Shown: positions 48,301-57,595 of the stretch, piece after piece
Layout: each line of letters opens with the position of its first letter
Numbering within the stretch: the stretch's first letter is position 1
Assembly: GCA_000002445.1 (NCBI GenBank)
Contig: CH464491.1
Span: 352,001-416,000 of the forward strand
Length of the DNA stretch: 64,000 nucleotides
Direction of reading: 5' to 3'
DNA from: Trypanosoma brucei
Taxonomy: Eukaryota
Program-made: the position numbers and the translations under genes
The notes under the pieces: generated by a model
What the model was told of the DNA's origin: nothing
Databases searched by the model: none
The model's input: the letters and a program-made list of their open reading frames with translations, nothing else

Positions 48301-48337
48301 CTCAAATACATCCGTTCTGCTACCAAATGTTAGGTGA
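39341..48337 (+). CDS. Giant (about 3000 aa) protein dominated by tandem right-handed parallel beta-helix (PbH1/CASH-like) repeats, with a C-terminal coiled-coil and an acidic tail
   Basis: A 9-kb uninterrupted + ORF. The track start 39326 is a TTG; the first ATG is at 39341. Dozens of 22-25-aa repeats of the form N.I..N...GI.I......P.I..N.I occur (e.g. NAIVGSTVNGLLLTGGCSAIVAANSIQCNNAAGVEVAEGSKPFILLNKLIGN...). They fall in at least four blocks (aa about 60-330, 470-900, 1000-1300 and 1900-2500). A heptad-like segment around nt 47140-47300 (LKTELHELEQRGSEYATKCAALQEEMRSVFHRL) and a Glu/Asp-rich C-terminus follow. Confidence 0.85.
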   Translation: MLLNNFIVEERYSAWQKKRVRTIIVNSRSRLAAHRSITGALAIAKPYERIELVGGEYFESLLISAPIEIVAADGEEPVVSSRGSCITITRDVEAYFEQVTFVSKSRSKLESAVAILNGRSVFFRCNMNSVLIGGWARPYIENCTIAESHNGYGVQIGDSAGADIWQSAIHSHQIACMEIDTRGIVNVRDNTIHQSSNLGNAVVVKAINSIADETTPPEFLACRRVVVTKCRIYISPDSYVPKDRDMSSLETPTQPCSCVLISRGACPTFSFNELTQGNIGFTFDGAGSAVLEGNCIYKQKICGILAIVDDTNFSPDSKSRGLRITGGNRIDRCYVGIDVHCSAKAAMAAGVSQQNLIPLELPSSRRAFTWFRGKDSGKVVAPPSDKDNFDDNHTFVVHGQPKTMKQLTNELRELATMVCAGHIKHFTSATVADTRYGVATSLNQLGELLEEMLNITIPPPNISERAAKLLELRRTDGVEIRDTRFSSCGLCAIRFGSSSYGVVEDCSFVSCGATCIVVCSAAHPLIIGCRFEHAKGVAIYMDNFANPLIMGNEIIGNAENGVEWRNISRGILMGNAIVGSTVNGLLLTGGCSAIVAANSIQCNNAAGVEVAEGSKPFILLNKLIGNRTAQILSSGYSAPVIAHNRITSGRNIGIHFLSCSGGTALDNAIAQNERGIVVELGADPYVYDNKIMSSNRYGVVVENNGLGTFVENTITQSGMCNILIKEGGCPVLRKNSIKFANSGGLVIVNEGSATVEYNTISGNQVANVILLDRYTDPTLTGNTISASCSGGGILCGRMSSGKFSRNIITENKQYGICIIEKAEPDITKNVIMGEQNGIIVSDEGRGSIRENSIHSCGNAGVLIQANGDPFVENNKICRSAGCGLVVTSDGKGKVIGNEFFENDVGLQCGSSAGNTTLDVDENFTTKSPGAAVARTRRSALVSKRSFAGKRQHIQSTSTANPHALVRCNKIYGNTTCGVLLECGISAVLEENEIYSNVEFGILADSRYCARRLHGKLKGIVFEGFKLPRLRSTGLVTVIRNNRIIDQRHTNIAFVDFSDGDAAIVQNQISGAPVGIYVGNNSTVKTVEGNVIENCDDGVYAESGGCGNFVDNTIRDCTGTGVYVSDEANPQFCGGNVIERCRISGVFVDAGGKGLFKEASIRNCVVGVVAYTSPPLCHAAGRDTAGKPIVTSSPAVEQCVIERNYLHGIFLCTVLSGLPLRQESWGSGKEYTKSTKLMTSTETRTFPIFRGNTIRNNRHFGVCHELYSLDGRLEESRGSDFSERTGGTCAADSFGAHVGRAFQRGTTSSRTPSPRSLQFSYRDGVSSSSEQDVEWHFPERMQRQASFVENDISNCSIGVVVGSSCNPFLLNNNIHNNDFLGILLRRGAQAMSYGCKVLNNGWVGLYAAPRSSGAFTSGEIRGNNGFCRPDTKPTDTRCFTTFSFTEAATPLPPSFKTSYDLRSSMYGDLLMMLSDYGDTVASALVMLCEVVSLSSASLSLAGTVVPYGSLDSCHSHSGGSLLEQYDRAWAADGGIGVWIALGSMTEVSDSVVEGNQNVGVFFSRGVEHQLKNMLNGVLTREYELPEVPGAEVITGGPAGPGSTRPRWLLFTSESIRGCSNLASAELTMTCNGFGTEAGKEPNPAASLTSVRTELDDWCGEPPLVLPRPPIVRRNQILRNGYGIIIHLHQTLRAEGKQEVQGVADEGTPRASGKDKQKRRGSVGGRRASIVGAAPLPGIRRRRNSMFRKGKKVEEETPPATPSDVVNPWADVLPPHALSEKSTPEFTICVQENRIFENFTVGVVCQHVLELMCGRFVKTRHEIGVAADRYDSVCVMITLKNQSALPEKLFTLETQERLVHHAQIMKNDIYKNVREQVQVTSRYVAVTGDKERTLLQIDTLRRPFASVCSSCALLRIPLFTSLIGATSPGCFYLENNTIHDCSMGIHLIGVLGAKSTCLRRNVFYDIADISVHVEGHLSSATIGYGNIFERNGISVLVAMPEDECTEEERQWQQFIGVTTRICGNKFSSPVSVSLAFRGGGGPGPVVGGNKFANHQYGRVVFFCDSSSGSTIRGNVFQNNYAPLIVTGTEGREDDGKRTIIENNLFSQNYIGLLLCNGAAAQVARNVFEDNFRSGIEIIGKGTNPLVKQCLFVMTKDLLSLSGAREQFIYPSDGVLRVDGWPQFSVTLYPDNVITHGDVSRRLSSGVLIECESGGTIENCFFKGNQIGVDCIRGASLGVENIVYTSESELLGPRFLNCLFLQNTIAGVWLRGAHAEVGVPQSFNGRRRRSQTHPKASSFDHCFFINNTATMDEYGDVVATDDGYATFSNSMFTGCIHGKRGSMGSFERNIFSCGGKVDTAVILHRGTRMEMRDNTISGYRRSIITHTGAWGRLEKNWILGASRCVISAPFCNTLFTGNRILGAKECGVFAYGGVFVSNEIMRCQTGVVIRNPAEYKNYHVIPSVDKGTHSLLFSENKVHTCEVCGIFVAGGGRVEGNVVSNNKVNITVTCGTKAAQGSDICHIFQNAVFDGGVGLQLMNRSDALVEGNNIFDNSTYAVLMKKGARGRLMNNNISSHLNEGALAVDEGSETKLLSNTVRNQFSPVYNKLLGPQRMRERQNAADVLKTELHELEQRGSEYATKCAALQEEMRSVFHRLRESCCESDGSKMNIGTLLGNSFQKALCADEDEKDALKLPALDVRTLSTEDSTAPNDKEKSPTTPSMLSSTVRASTSSVKDGGNKDSYNIHIHLVHTAYDESECEQVCNEVQSVFDSLSLSLQLPLRVLTTTNSSAFPANWPSKQLKIFVVVVGNITNDDSLEDDVKLVRALRFPKTLAGNEEIPEEMSDVLIISIISEEFQEHADVLRTTTSGFPLAVQLQDLLSHSNPMHYVSGVSECLEELHRRAESYLLNAANSDKSDDYFTNDPEEEQSSRYSADTHDGHKTGASPRGSEWRGTSPMLESKEDEWQRLPVFGEKLNAYMSFDLIRKKVSHSNTSVLLPNVR

Positions 48338-50159
48338 AAGTTGAAGAATGAATAGAAAGAAGTGTAGGATTGGGGAGGGGGAAAGTCGTAGAAAAGCAAA
48401 AACGATGAACAGTTGGTGTCTGCAATGCTTTACCAAATAAAAACTTAAGAGGAAGGAAAAAAAAAAGTTCGATTTGACGGATTCTCGCCTTGTGTGCTCG
48501 GAACAAAAAAGGTCTTGTGTGCATTTTTTTGAAGTTCCTGTTTTCTCCCTCCTCATCCATCCCTTACTTTCCAAAACTTCCATTTCTGTTGCTGATGTTG
48601 TCCACCACGTTTTTTCTACTTCAAATTCGTCCAGTGTTCATCTTTGAAACCCTTTCTAACTTGCCTGATATCCCAGAGCTGTTCACTTTTCCATCCTTCC
48701 TTCTTTTTCAGCCAGTTTTTTTTCGCTTTTAATTTCTTGTTTTTTCCTTCTCTTTCTGAATGGGACAGCTGCTCTCCTTGGTTTTACTCTTATTATTATT
48801 CCTATTTTTTTATTTCTTTATTTTGTGTAGTCGATAACTGTGCTTCTGTATTCCTTCATTTGAGGTAAAGCGATGAGAAGGAGTGATGGGGAGTGGCGGA
48901 TGTATTGGGTGAGATGGGTTCTTCCCACCACAGTAGCGGTAATTGTACCAATGGCGCTGGTAATTGTGAAGGCAGCAGTTGTGATAAGTTGACTACACAA
49001 ATATTTATACATACTTATGTATATGAACTTATATTCCTCTTTTAGGTCCTCTCTCCATTTTTTTTTTGATTCTACAAGTGTCTGTATTTTGTATGTTCCG
49101 GTAGATATTCTACGTTTTTTTCTTCTTGTCCTCTTTTTTCTTTTTTGTGCTTGCATTCTGACAAACGCGTGTATATATTTTACTTAAATGTCTTATCTTA
49201 TCCCCGTTGAGCATGTGTTGTGTGTTTTCAAAGCGAATGGTGACAAGTGCTTCCTCCAGATGTGAAGACAGAGATTGAATAAGTGGGTTTGTGGATCCGA
49301 AACCGCAAAGAAAAGAAAAAAAGAAAAAAACAACGAAAGTTGAGGTTCGAAGGTTGAAGCGAAATGAAACGTGACGTAACATCAGCATTAACCACATTCA
49401 AATATTTCATACTCTTTTTTCTGTTTCTTCTTTTTCCCCTATTGTTCCTGCTGATGTTTTTTATCTCATTCAGAATGATGTGATGTACCATACAAGGAGG
49501 AGAGGTACTTTTTTGGAAGAAAAAAAAGAAATTAAATGCACAATAAAATCAGTGCCCTATGATGCCCGTGCACTGTTATTGTGCTTCCGAAAATATATAC
49601 AACAATTTTCCCACATTTGTTCTTAATTTCTTTTCTGAGTTTGTGATCCATTATGATGAACGTCAAAAGCGCGCGTGTTAGGCGCATTACGCTGTATGTT
49701 AAGTGCTGCAATTGAGAGCGAGGTAATTGGAGAAAAGGGAGGCAAAAGGATATTAACGAATTATAGATGAGGGATAATAACATAAATAATAGGAGGGGAA
49801 TCGCTTAGCGAGGGAGAGGACATCCTTTCGGTTGTTGGAAGATAGCGACTGCAGTACTTCACAGTTGTCGTGAGTGTTTATTTAGGTTGGTATCAAGCCT
49901 TTATTTCTTACTACTGCTGAAAATTCGTGAATACATACTGTTGTTTATCCCTTTGTTGGCGGCCGTGGGGGAGGGAAATAAACGCAAATCTGCTTTTTTT
50001 TTCTTTCTTCTTTCTTTCCATCGTCACTTTCACAGAAGTACCGGCGTTACACAGCAACTTCACTTCCTTCAGTGAGGGGGGAGGAAGAAAACAAAAAAAA
50101 ACTGGAGGAGGGAAAAGGAAAGGAGTACCAAACATACGCGTATTTGTTTCCACTTGTCG

Positions 50160-51557
50160 ATGTCAAACGAAGTTGAATCTTCTGCAGCGGAACCTCCGGC
50201 ACCCGACGAGGCCACTAATGTTGCTGGACACCGATATATTTTAATAAACAATATTCTTTGCAGAACTGAAACATCGGATGGAAGTTTCCGACCATCTGAT
50301 GTTTTTGTTGGTTTGGATCCACCTCCAAGGGGGACCGCGACCCTTGGCAGTGCTGCAGAGGATAACTGCAACCATCTTAGCGTTGGCGAATTTGATCCCA
50401 CAGCTTATGTGGACTCCATCTCAAAGGATTGCTCTATTTTCAACGTGTTTGGCGTGATGTCTGGTGGTGTCCTCGTGGACAGTGAAAGTCGCGGGTTTAT
50501 TGACTTTACTGACGACATGATTTTCCGTCCCCCTCTTCCACCACCTGTTGAGGGAAATGACACCCACAATGAAGGTTCGAGAGATGGACAAATTCGTGCC
50601 GATGGAGTTGTTTCACTCGTGTCTTCCATATTCCCATTTAACGGGTTGGGGACAGTCGACACACCGCTTCCGTGGCCGCGTTCACTGCCGCGTCTGAGGT
50701 CTCAACGCATATCGTACCGTCTTGCAGCGAAGACGGTGCATCGGATGTTGAGTCGCTGCGTTGGAAATGTGAAATGCAATAAGGCGGTATTGGTGGTTCT
50801 CGAATCGTATCGCATCCACAGGAAACTGCATTCTCCACAGCTAACTTTTCTACCCAATGAGATTCCATTTAGGTTCCAGTGGCATGGAATGACTTTTCGC
50901 GTTAAGGATGGCGGTGCACCTAAAAGATTTGATGCGAACGGAAATAGAACCCATGAATACCGCAGTCCAATTGGCCGCATAAATCACATGATGGATGGAA
51001 AGACGGGCTCTGCTTATTCATCATTTCACGCCTTCACTGGTCTTCCTAAGATGGCCTTCAGGCGATACCGAGAGTCTGCCCGGCGTGAAAGTAGGCATCG
51101 GTTAGAGAATCTAGCGGATGGATACTCGCGGCGATTGGAAATGCGCATCCAAAATATCGTCCACCCCATACGAGAGGAGATGCACATCGATGAAAACATT
51201 GAGGTGGTGTTCAGACGGAGAAGTGGTGTCCATCTCTGGAGTGCCTTTCAGCGGTATTTCACCATTCTGGGAGTTAGTCGCTGCACGTCATGCAATACGC
51301 CAAATTGCAATGCATGGTACCTGGATAATGATGATAAAGTGGACTACCCATCTGCTCTCCGCAAACTTGAGGAGGATCTGAAGTACCGCAGAACCTTCAA
51401 CTTGTCTTCCAGTATCCTTGCTGATTCGTGGGATTGGCTTCTCGCTAAAGAACGGGGTCCACTTACTGAACGCATTAGAAAAATCATTAAATACGCCAGG
51501 CAGATTGATGCGGAAAATAAAAGAGAAGTTATCAATACAGATAAGGATCTAAGATAA
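50160..51557 (+). CDS. Hypothetical protein (about 465 aa)
   Basis: The track start 50154 is a TTG; the ATG is at 50160 (MSNEVESSAAEPP). The long + ORF has complex composition and no recognised motif. Confidence 0.6.
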   Translation: MSNEVESSAAEPPAPDEATNVAGHRYILINNILCRTETSDGSFRPSDVFVGLDPPPRGTATLGSAAEDNCNHLSVGEFDPTAYVDSISKDCSIFNVFGVMSGGVLVDSESRGFIDFTDDMIFRPPLPPPVEGNDTHNEGSRDGQIRADGVVSLVSSIFPFNGLGTVDTPLPWPRSLPRLRSQRISYRLAAKTVHRMLSRCVGNVKCNKAVLVVLESYRIHRKLHSPQLTFLPNEIPFRFQWHGMTFRVKDGGAPKRFDANGNRTHEYRSPIGRINHMMDGKTGSAYSSFHAFTGLPKMAFRRYRESARRESRHRLENLADGYSRRLEMRIQNIVHPIREEMHIDENIEVVFRRRSGVHLWSAFQRYFTILGVSRCTSCNTPNCNAWYLDNDDKVDYPSALRKLEEDLKYRRTFNLSSSILADSWDWLLAKERGPLTERIRKIIKYARQIDAENKREVINTDKDLR

Positions 51558-52454
51558 ATTACGACGGGAACAAAGAAAATAAGGAACGTATCACAGGGGG
51601 TCAGCGCTGACAAAATGAAAAAAAATGCAAGGTTGAGTTAGCACTCTGTACCATATTCTGTTTTTTTTCTTATCAGTAGCTTCATCTTATCGACGGAGTT
51701 GATGCAAATAAAATCAGGATGTGAGATGGAGTTTATCAGCTGATGTACTTATCCACTGAATCAAAAAAAAAAGCACAATCTTTGTTACCGTCCAACAGTA
51801 CTGAGTGGGAGATCTTTTTTGAATTCCTTTGCAGTGACGAATAAAAATCTGGTGTGTACCTTCGCATTTTGTCACCGTGATGCAAGCCGAATGGGCTTCA
51901 CATTGGATTTCAAGTATTTGCATCGGGAAACGGTTTTCATCCCCCATTTCTCTTTACTTTAAGTTTCGATTGTTGTTTGTTTTTCTTTTATTTTCAAAGG
52001 TCTGTGCTCGGTCTCGTGTTTTGATTTATTCTCAACCCGTCGTAGTGTAAGCTGTTTTAGCTTTCTCTACTCATTGTAAGTTACTTACTTATTTGTCCCG
52101 AATACGTGTGCCAGTCGCTAGTTTTATCTCTCTCTCTCTCCTCACTTTGGTTCTCCCCTATCCTTACTTGCTCTTTTCCTGCCTGTTTTGATCATTCGGC
52201 TGATGAAGTGCTGTACTTTTCTTTCCCTTTATTTCCTTTTTCAATACACCTTGTGCAGGCACTACCGTTTCAACACCACTACAACGGAGAAAGTGTGACA
52301 GAGGAAAGTTTGTGGGCATTTGCTGAGTCAAAAAAAAACCAAAAAAAGAAAAAAAGAGAGGAATAACGGGGGAAGGGAAGGGATTCCATTACGCTTTGTG
52401 AGTTTATTTAGGTTCCACTCACTCACTAGTTTATTCTTTACCGTGTATAATAGG

Positions 52455-54992
52455 ATGCTGAAGCAATGTCTGCTTCAACGTTGTCTCGTACAGTATCGCT
52501 CTCTGATGTCCGTGGCAGATAAGCTGAATGGAATGCTCGACACGCGTCAGGGAAAGGGATTCACTCCACGGGAAACACTTAAAAATCACCTACGCTCAGA
52601 GGTTATGCCGCTTCTCAAAGGTACAAAGTTAGATAGACGTCATGACAGTATAACGTTCCGTCGGTCAATGAGTCAACTTGTTCGTGACGCCGCATTTGCA
52701 GCTGTTGTGGTCCACGCGAATCCAACAGGCGCGTTCGTTACTTCCCTCACGGAGTGTATTAAACACGACCACGAGCGGATGCGATTTATTTCGTACATGA
52801 CATCCGCTCAGTCTAGTCGCGTCATTGCCCACCTGTGTAAAGCGGGTGTACGAGACAGCGCAGCGTTATCACCATTGATCTCGCGCCTAGACTTCAACGA
52901 GCTGAAGGAGATTAGCCGAGCCATGTTTGCCCTAGTGGAAGAGGGCAAGTGCAACGAAGTTATTTTCCTTATCGTGCCCATGTATTGCGGGGAAAAATGG
53001 ACACTCACTTATGATGCCGGGAAAGGGCACACAAATACAGAAAATAGGAACTGCAACGTATTTGAGGCAGTTCGCGTCTTGCGCGTGTTATCAAAAGCCG
53101 TTCGTAGTGTGGTAGAACGGCGGCGTACCGACCTTGAGGCGCAGGGTTCTTTGAGTCCACTTCCAATCGAAAGTATTCAACGCTTACGCACAAGCCTCGC
53201 CAACTTTATAATTGAGAATACTCAGGTTCTTCGTGGTGCACATTGGATTAATTTCACCCGAGCCATGATGCACTTTCCGCAAGAATTTAAGCTGGTGAAG
53301 TATCTGGAAGACTACTCACCGGTTGTTCGGGCTGTTGAGGCGTTACAATTACCTAATCGAGGAGCTGGACAACAACTGATTGACACGATTGACACAACAG
53401 ACCTGGCGGCGCTGGGAATGTCACGACTCTTTGAACCGGTTAAACACATGAAACGACCTCAGCAAAGCAGTGAAAGTGGCATGAGTGAAGGACCCCGAGG
53501 AAGTATTCTGGACGTTCCTCCAAGCGAGCTGTCGAAAATCATCCCTATCATCGAGCACCTGCCGAGCTCAAAGAGCATTCAGCAGTTGCGTCTTCAGTTT
53601 GTTGTCGATACTGTTGTGAAACGCTTGGAGTTTATGAATTTTGCCGATGTTGTGCACTTTCTTCATGTCTTGCGAAATATTGAGGGTTCTGCACAGTTTT
53701 CTACCTCGTTGGATGCGGCTGTAAATGTGGCGAGTAAGCGGCTACTTGAAGCTGGACCTGATTGCGATGTTAGTTCCGCACCATACCGCATTCCCTATGC
53801 CCGCCTTGTGCAACTGGCGACACTTCTTAGTGCCTTTCGGGTGAAGAGCTGCGTTGGTTTCGTAACTTACCTTTCCTACCTGGCACCGACACTGCGCTCT
53901 CTGAGGGTGGATGATGCAACCGCCTTCATGTGTGCGTTAGCAACGATCGCCCCTAAGGACGGTCAGGAACTTTGCGCCAATGTGGGAAAGGAAATTCTTG
54001 AGAGGGTGGGCGTTGATTCGGAGCGAGGAGGCAACGCTGGTTTGTTCATGACCTTCCCTATATCATGTGTGAAGCTACTCCGGGCTGTTGTAATTCTGAA
54101 TACTGTGCCTTCGTCTAACTTTGTATCGCTTATGTTCGGTGATACCGAAGGGCGAACACAGTTTTCTGAGGAATTTTGTGTTGAAGAAACCTCCGTGCTC
54201 TTCGATGTATCCCGCTCGCTATACCACTTCTCACGCATGAGGCCGGGGGATATGGCGTGGAACGAAACGCTGTGGTCAAAAGGTGTGATGGGCTTTCTTT
54301 TGCCTCTACTTCATTACCTCTCCTCCGTATGGCGTGATGGGTTAGTGTCGCCAGCTGGCAAGTCCCCTCGAGTAACATATATTCCTATTGCGTGGCGTAG
54401 TGCCGCCGAAACAATTTTTCCCTTTGTCGACGTAAATCTTGATGTTATCTCGTTAAAAACGATGCAAGCACGCCTGGAAGAAGTATATCCATCCTGCCGC
54501 GATATCATTCTAATGGCAGTAGACGTAGCGGATGCCCAAATGCGGATACGCGAAGGTGACGCCGTCGCGGGTGAGCCAATCGCCTACTCATCTAATGCAT
54601 TTATTCATTTGGTGTATTTTTTACTCATGGTTGAGCATATGATTTATCACGCGACATGGCAAGCCGAGATGGGGGGAAACACAGAAGACGGGGCGACCTT
54701 GAGGGAAAAGATGCAAGAATTGAAAGGAAACTACAACACACTCATTTCCACGAGTTCCATCGGCAAAACAGGGGCACAATGTGGAGGAACAACGGCTTTA
54801 TCCCTCCTGGAAAAGGCTTTCGTACAAGACGGAGAAGACGGAGGGAAATCCCCATTTTGCCTTAGTCGCAGTGAAGTGCTCGAAATAACTACCAACCTTC
54901 CATTTGCTCTCACACTAGTGGTGAATCAGGGTCCTGTCAACGAACTGTTCTGTGAACGTGCAGTATCGATTATGGTGAATGTTGACGACTAA
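52455..54992 (+). CDS. Hypothetical protein (about 845 aa), probably largely alpha-helical
   Basis: The track start 52320 is a TTG inside a poly-A/low-complexity stretch; the first ATG is at 52455 (MLKQCLLQRCLVQYRSLMSV, presequence-like). It is Leu/Ala-rich with no recognised catalytic motif. Confidence 0.65.
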   Translation: MLKQCLLQRCLVQYRSLMSVADKLNGMLDTRQGKGFTPRETLKNHLRSEVMPLLKGTKLDRRHDSITFRRSMSQLVRDAAFAAVVVHANPTGAFVTSLTECIKHDHERMRFISYMTSAQSSRVIAHLCKAGVRDSAALSPLISRLDFNELKEISRAMFALVEEGKCNEVIFLIVPMYCGEKWTLTYDAGKGHTNTENRNCNVFEAVRVLRVLSKAVRSVVERRRTDLEAQGSLSPLPIESIQRLRTSLANFIIENTQVLRGAHWINFTRAMMHFPQEFKLVKYLEDYSPVVRAVEALQLPNRGAGQQLIDTIDTTDLAALGMSRLFEPVKHMKRPQQSSESGMSEGPRGSILDVPPSELSKIIPIIEHLPSSKSIQQLRLQFVVDTVVKRLEFMNFADVVHFLHVLRNIEGSAQFSTSLDAAVNVASKRLLEAGPDCDVSSAPYRIPYARLVQLATLLSAFRVKSCVGFVTYLSYLAPTLRSLRVDDATAFMCALATIAPKDGQELCANVGKEILERVGVDSERGGNAGLFMTFPISCVKLLRAVVILNTVPSSNFVSLMFGDTEGRTQFSEEFCVEETSVLFDVSRSLYHFSRMRPGDMAWNETLWSKGVMGFLLPLLHYLSSVWRDGLVSPAGKSPRVTYIPIAWRSAAETIFPFVDVNLDVISLKTMQARLEEVYPSCRDIILMAVDVADAQMRIREGDAVAGEPIAYSSNAFIHLVYFLLMVEHMIYHATWQAEMGGNTEDGATLREKMQELKGNYNTLISTSSIGKTGAQCGGTTALSLLEKAFVQDGEDGGKSPFCLSRSEVLEITTNLPFALTLVVNQGPVNELFCERAVSIMVNVDD

Positions 54993-55648
54993 GGGCTGGA
55001 ATTACATCATGATTCCTTACTGATAGCAGGAGAAAACATCGAAACATGGAATTGCAAGAGTGAAAAGTAAGAAGGGGTGGTTGTGACGACTCTATAACTG
55101 AGGGTAAACAAAGGCGTGGCCTGTTGTGTCTTTGGTCGATAAGCCGTGTGTCATGTACGGTTCCGTAACTGACCTGAGGATTACATGGGCCCGCTCAGAG
55201 TCAAGAGGAGCAAAAACGGGTACTTCACCATCAATGCCTGCGCGTTACCGCAGACGTTTCAAACTAAATCGACTACGACACCGGGGGGGAGGTGTGCCAG
55301 GGAAGCTAAATACGTTTATGTTTTTGTAACAGCAAGCCTATTTCTTGCCAGATTGGTCTTTACAATATTGAAAGCCTTGTGTGCTCGTTCTACCACCTTC
55401 ACAAGATGCGCCTTTCGACACCTGAAGTTACTAGCAGTATCGTCAGTGCGCGTACCGTTTTTTTTTTAAATTTTGCACTATACTTGTTGGTTGTGTTTTG
55501 TAGGTTGCCAACTCCCTCCTGCTCACTATTTTTAATGTATCACCAATCTCCATTTTCATTACATATGTAGGCGAGAACGAGCTGCATTGGGGGTGCAGAG
55601 TGTCGAAAAGGAGACGAGAGCGCTGAGAATAGTAAGATATATATCACT

Positions 55649-56899
55649 ATGTCACATCGAATAAGTTCAACTAACAACCCCTTCAGCGAGCGGGATTTTA
55701 ACCTCTTGAAATCTGGTGCTCTTGAGAAGTCACGGTCTGTGGTTTCTAGACGTGAGCAGGTATGGGATAACATTGTTGATGTTGGTGAGGGAGTGAAGGC
55801 AAATGATGTGGAGGAGCTGATGGCGCGGCTAGAGCAACACGGTCTACGGCGAGTGCTTGCCGAAAACGAAGGGGGAACTGGTGCCCTTCATGCGGCGGAT
55901 GGCACACACGGAACCGAAAATTGTGATACCTCAACAGAAGACATTGATGAGGACGATAGTTGCGAAAAACGAGCACCATACTACTACATGTGTGTCCCGT
56001 GTGAATTGTCATTAACTGAAATTTCCACCAAACCAGCAACCATGAGGATGTTGCAAGATGCCCATTATCACTTCTCGTCCGCTGAGCATCGATGTATTGC
56101 ATCGTGGATGGGTGTGGTTGATATTGAGAAGACACTTGCTGTCACATCACGGCTAGAAGTTGGGGGGTACATTAGAATTTTTGTTAATGGTATTCCTTTT
56201 CTTATATCGGCCCGTCCGGGAGGCGGAGGTATGTTCTATCCACTTCCCCACGAAACAGTGGAGGCACGGGAACAATCGGGACGAAACGCAGAACCCAGCA
56301 AGGGAACTGCAGTTCGAAAGGAAATTTGGTACAGACCCCTACAAAGCGTATTTACAAGGTGTAAACAAATCCTCTACACCGCCGCTTCGCGTCAGAAGTT
56401 GCGTGGAGAGAGCAGTCCATTCCGCGCCCAAAGGCGCAACGGTATTGTGCTGCTGCACATCCCAATGAAAACGTACGAGCGGGAGAGTTTTATTCGAGGG
56501 CCGTCGGTGCCAGCCCTCTTTGAGGTACAAAGGGAGCGAGTGTCGAATAAGAAAAGGAGACACAAAGAAAACGGAACCCGGACTTGTTATGTGATGCGCG
56601 AGAAACCAATAGCAGCCTGGGAGGACGAGGATGACTCAACGGATGCGATAAGTAAAGTTACTGTGAAGGAGGAGGGCGTGTACCGCCTTGTATTGCTTTG
56701 TTCAGATGATGTCAGAAGGTCTATGAGACAAGCAGAGGAAGAGGAACACGAACCGGAAACGCGGGTGTCGGGTGAGGTGACTCATCCTCTTACGGTGGAG
56801 GCCTTACAAATGATTGGAGGGACAACCAGAGAAGAAAGCAACCAGTCGGACGGCAAATCTCTGAGCTACGATTCGAGTTCTTGGAGCCGAAAAACATAA
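55649..56899 (+). CDS. Hypothetical protein (416 aa)
   Basis: Genuine ATG at 55649 and complex composition. No motif recognised. Confidence 0.6.
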   Translation: MSHRISSTNNPFSERDFNLLKSGALEKSRSVVSRREQVWDNIVDVGEGVKANDVEELMARLEQHGLRRVLAENEGGTGALHAADGTHGTENCDTSTEDIDEDDSCEKRAPYYYMCVPCELSLTEISTKPATMRMLQDAHYHFSSAEHRCIASWMGVVDIEKTLAVTSRLEVGGYIRIFVNGIPFLISARPGGGGMFYPLPHETVEAREQSGRNAEPSKGTAVRKEIWYRPLQSVFTRCKQILYTAASRQKLRGESSPFRAQRRNGIVLLHIPMKTYERESFIRGPSVPALFEVQRERVSNKKRRHKENGTRTCYVMREKPIAAWEDEDDSTDAISKVTVKEEGVYRLVLLCSDDVRRSMRQAEEEEHEPETRVSGEVTHPLTVEALQMIGGTTREESNQSDGKSLSYDSSSWSRKT

Positions 56900-57595
56900 A
56901 ACAAAAAAATGCATTTATGGGACCGTTAAGAGGGGGATGCACGACGGCGCATATCACTGTTCTGGTTTTCTTCTTTTTCTTTTGTAACTTTTCTTTTTGT
57001 AGTTTCTCGCTTCTGTTACTTTTACTTTCCCGTTATTGTTGTTCGTCGGTTAATATCAATGTAATTGGGGAATCGGCTCTATATGGCAATAATGGACGGT
57101 GCGCCATATCAAAAAAAAAATTGTGAGCCTTGTAAGATAATATGTGGTGAGGGGAAGTGAGTGGAGCTCCACATTTTAGAGCGCGAGCCGCGCTCGTAAC
57201 GATCCTCGTTTTAAAAAAAAATTTTTGAGCCCTTTAGTGGTCAAACGCGGGTCGTGTTTTCCTTACGGCTTCGTCTAATACCGTGTCTCCCTTCAACGCA
57301 AAAAAAAAAAAAATTATATATATATATATAGCGCTACCCGCTTACTTCTTTCTCTCCCCCTTTTTTTTTCCTTTCATCTCTCTGGTTGTGCTGAAGCACA
57401 CACACGCAAACGTACACAGGAAGGGGTGTTCGAGTAGTCAAAAAAAAAAATTACATCTGGAACTAGGCACAAACGTGCGTAGTGTTTTTTTTTTTTGTGT
57501 AAGGTAATTTGAAAGAGGAGGGGGGGGAAAAGGCAACAGAAAAGGGGGAAAAGAGAGACAGGTGTAACTATACCAGTCTACCAACGCCCCTCAGT

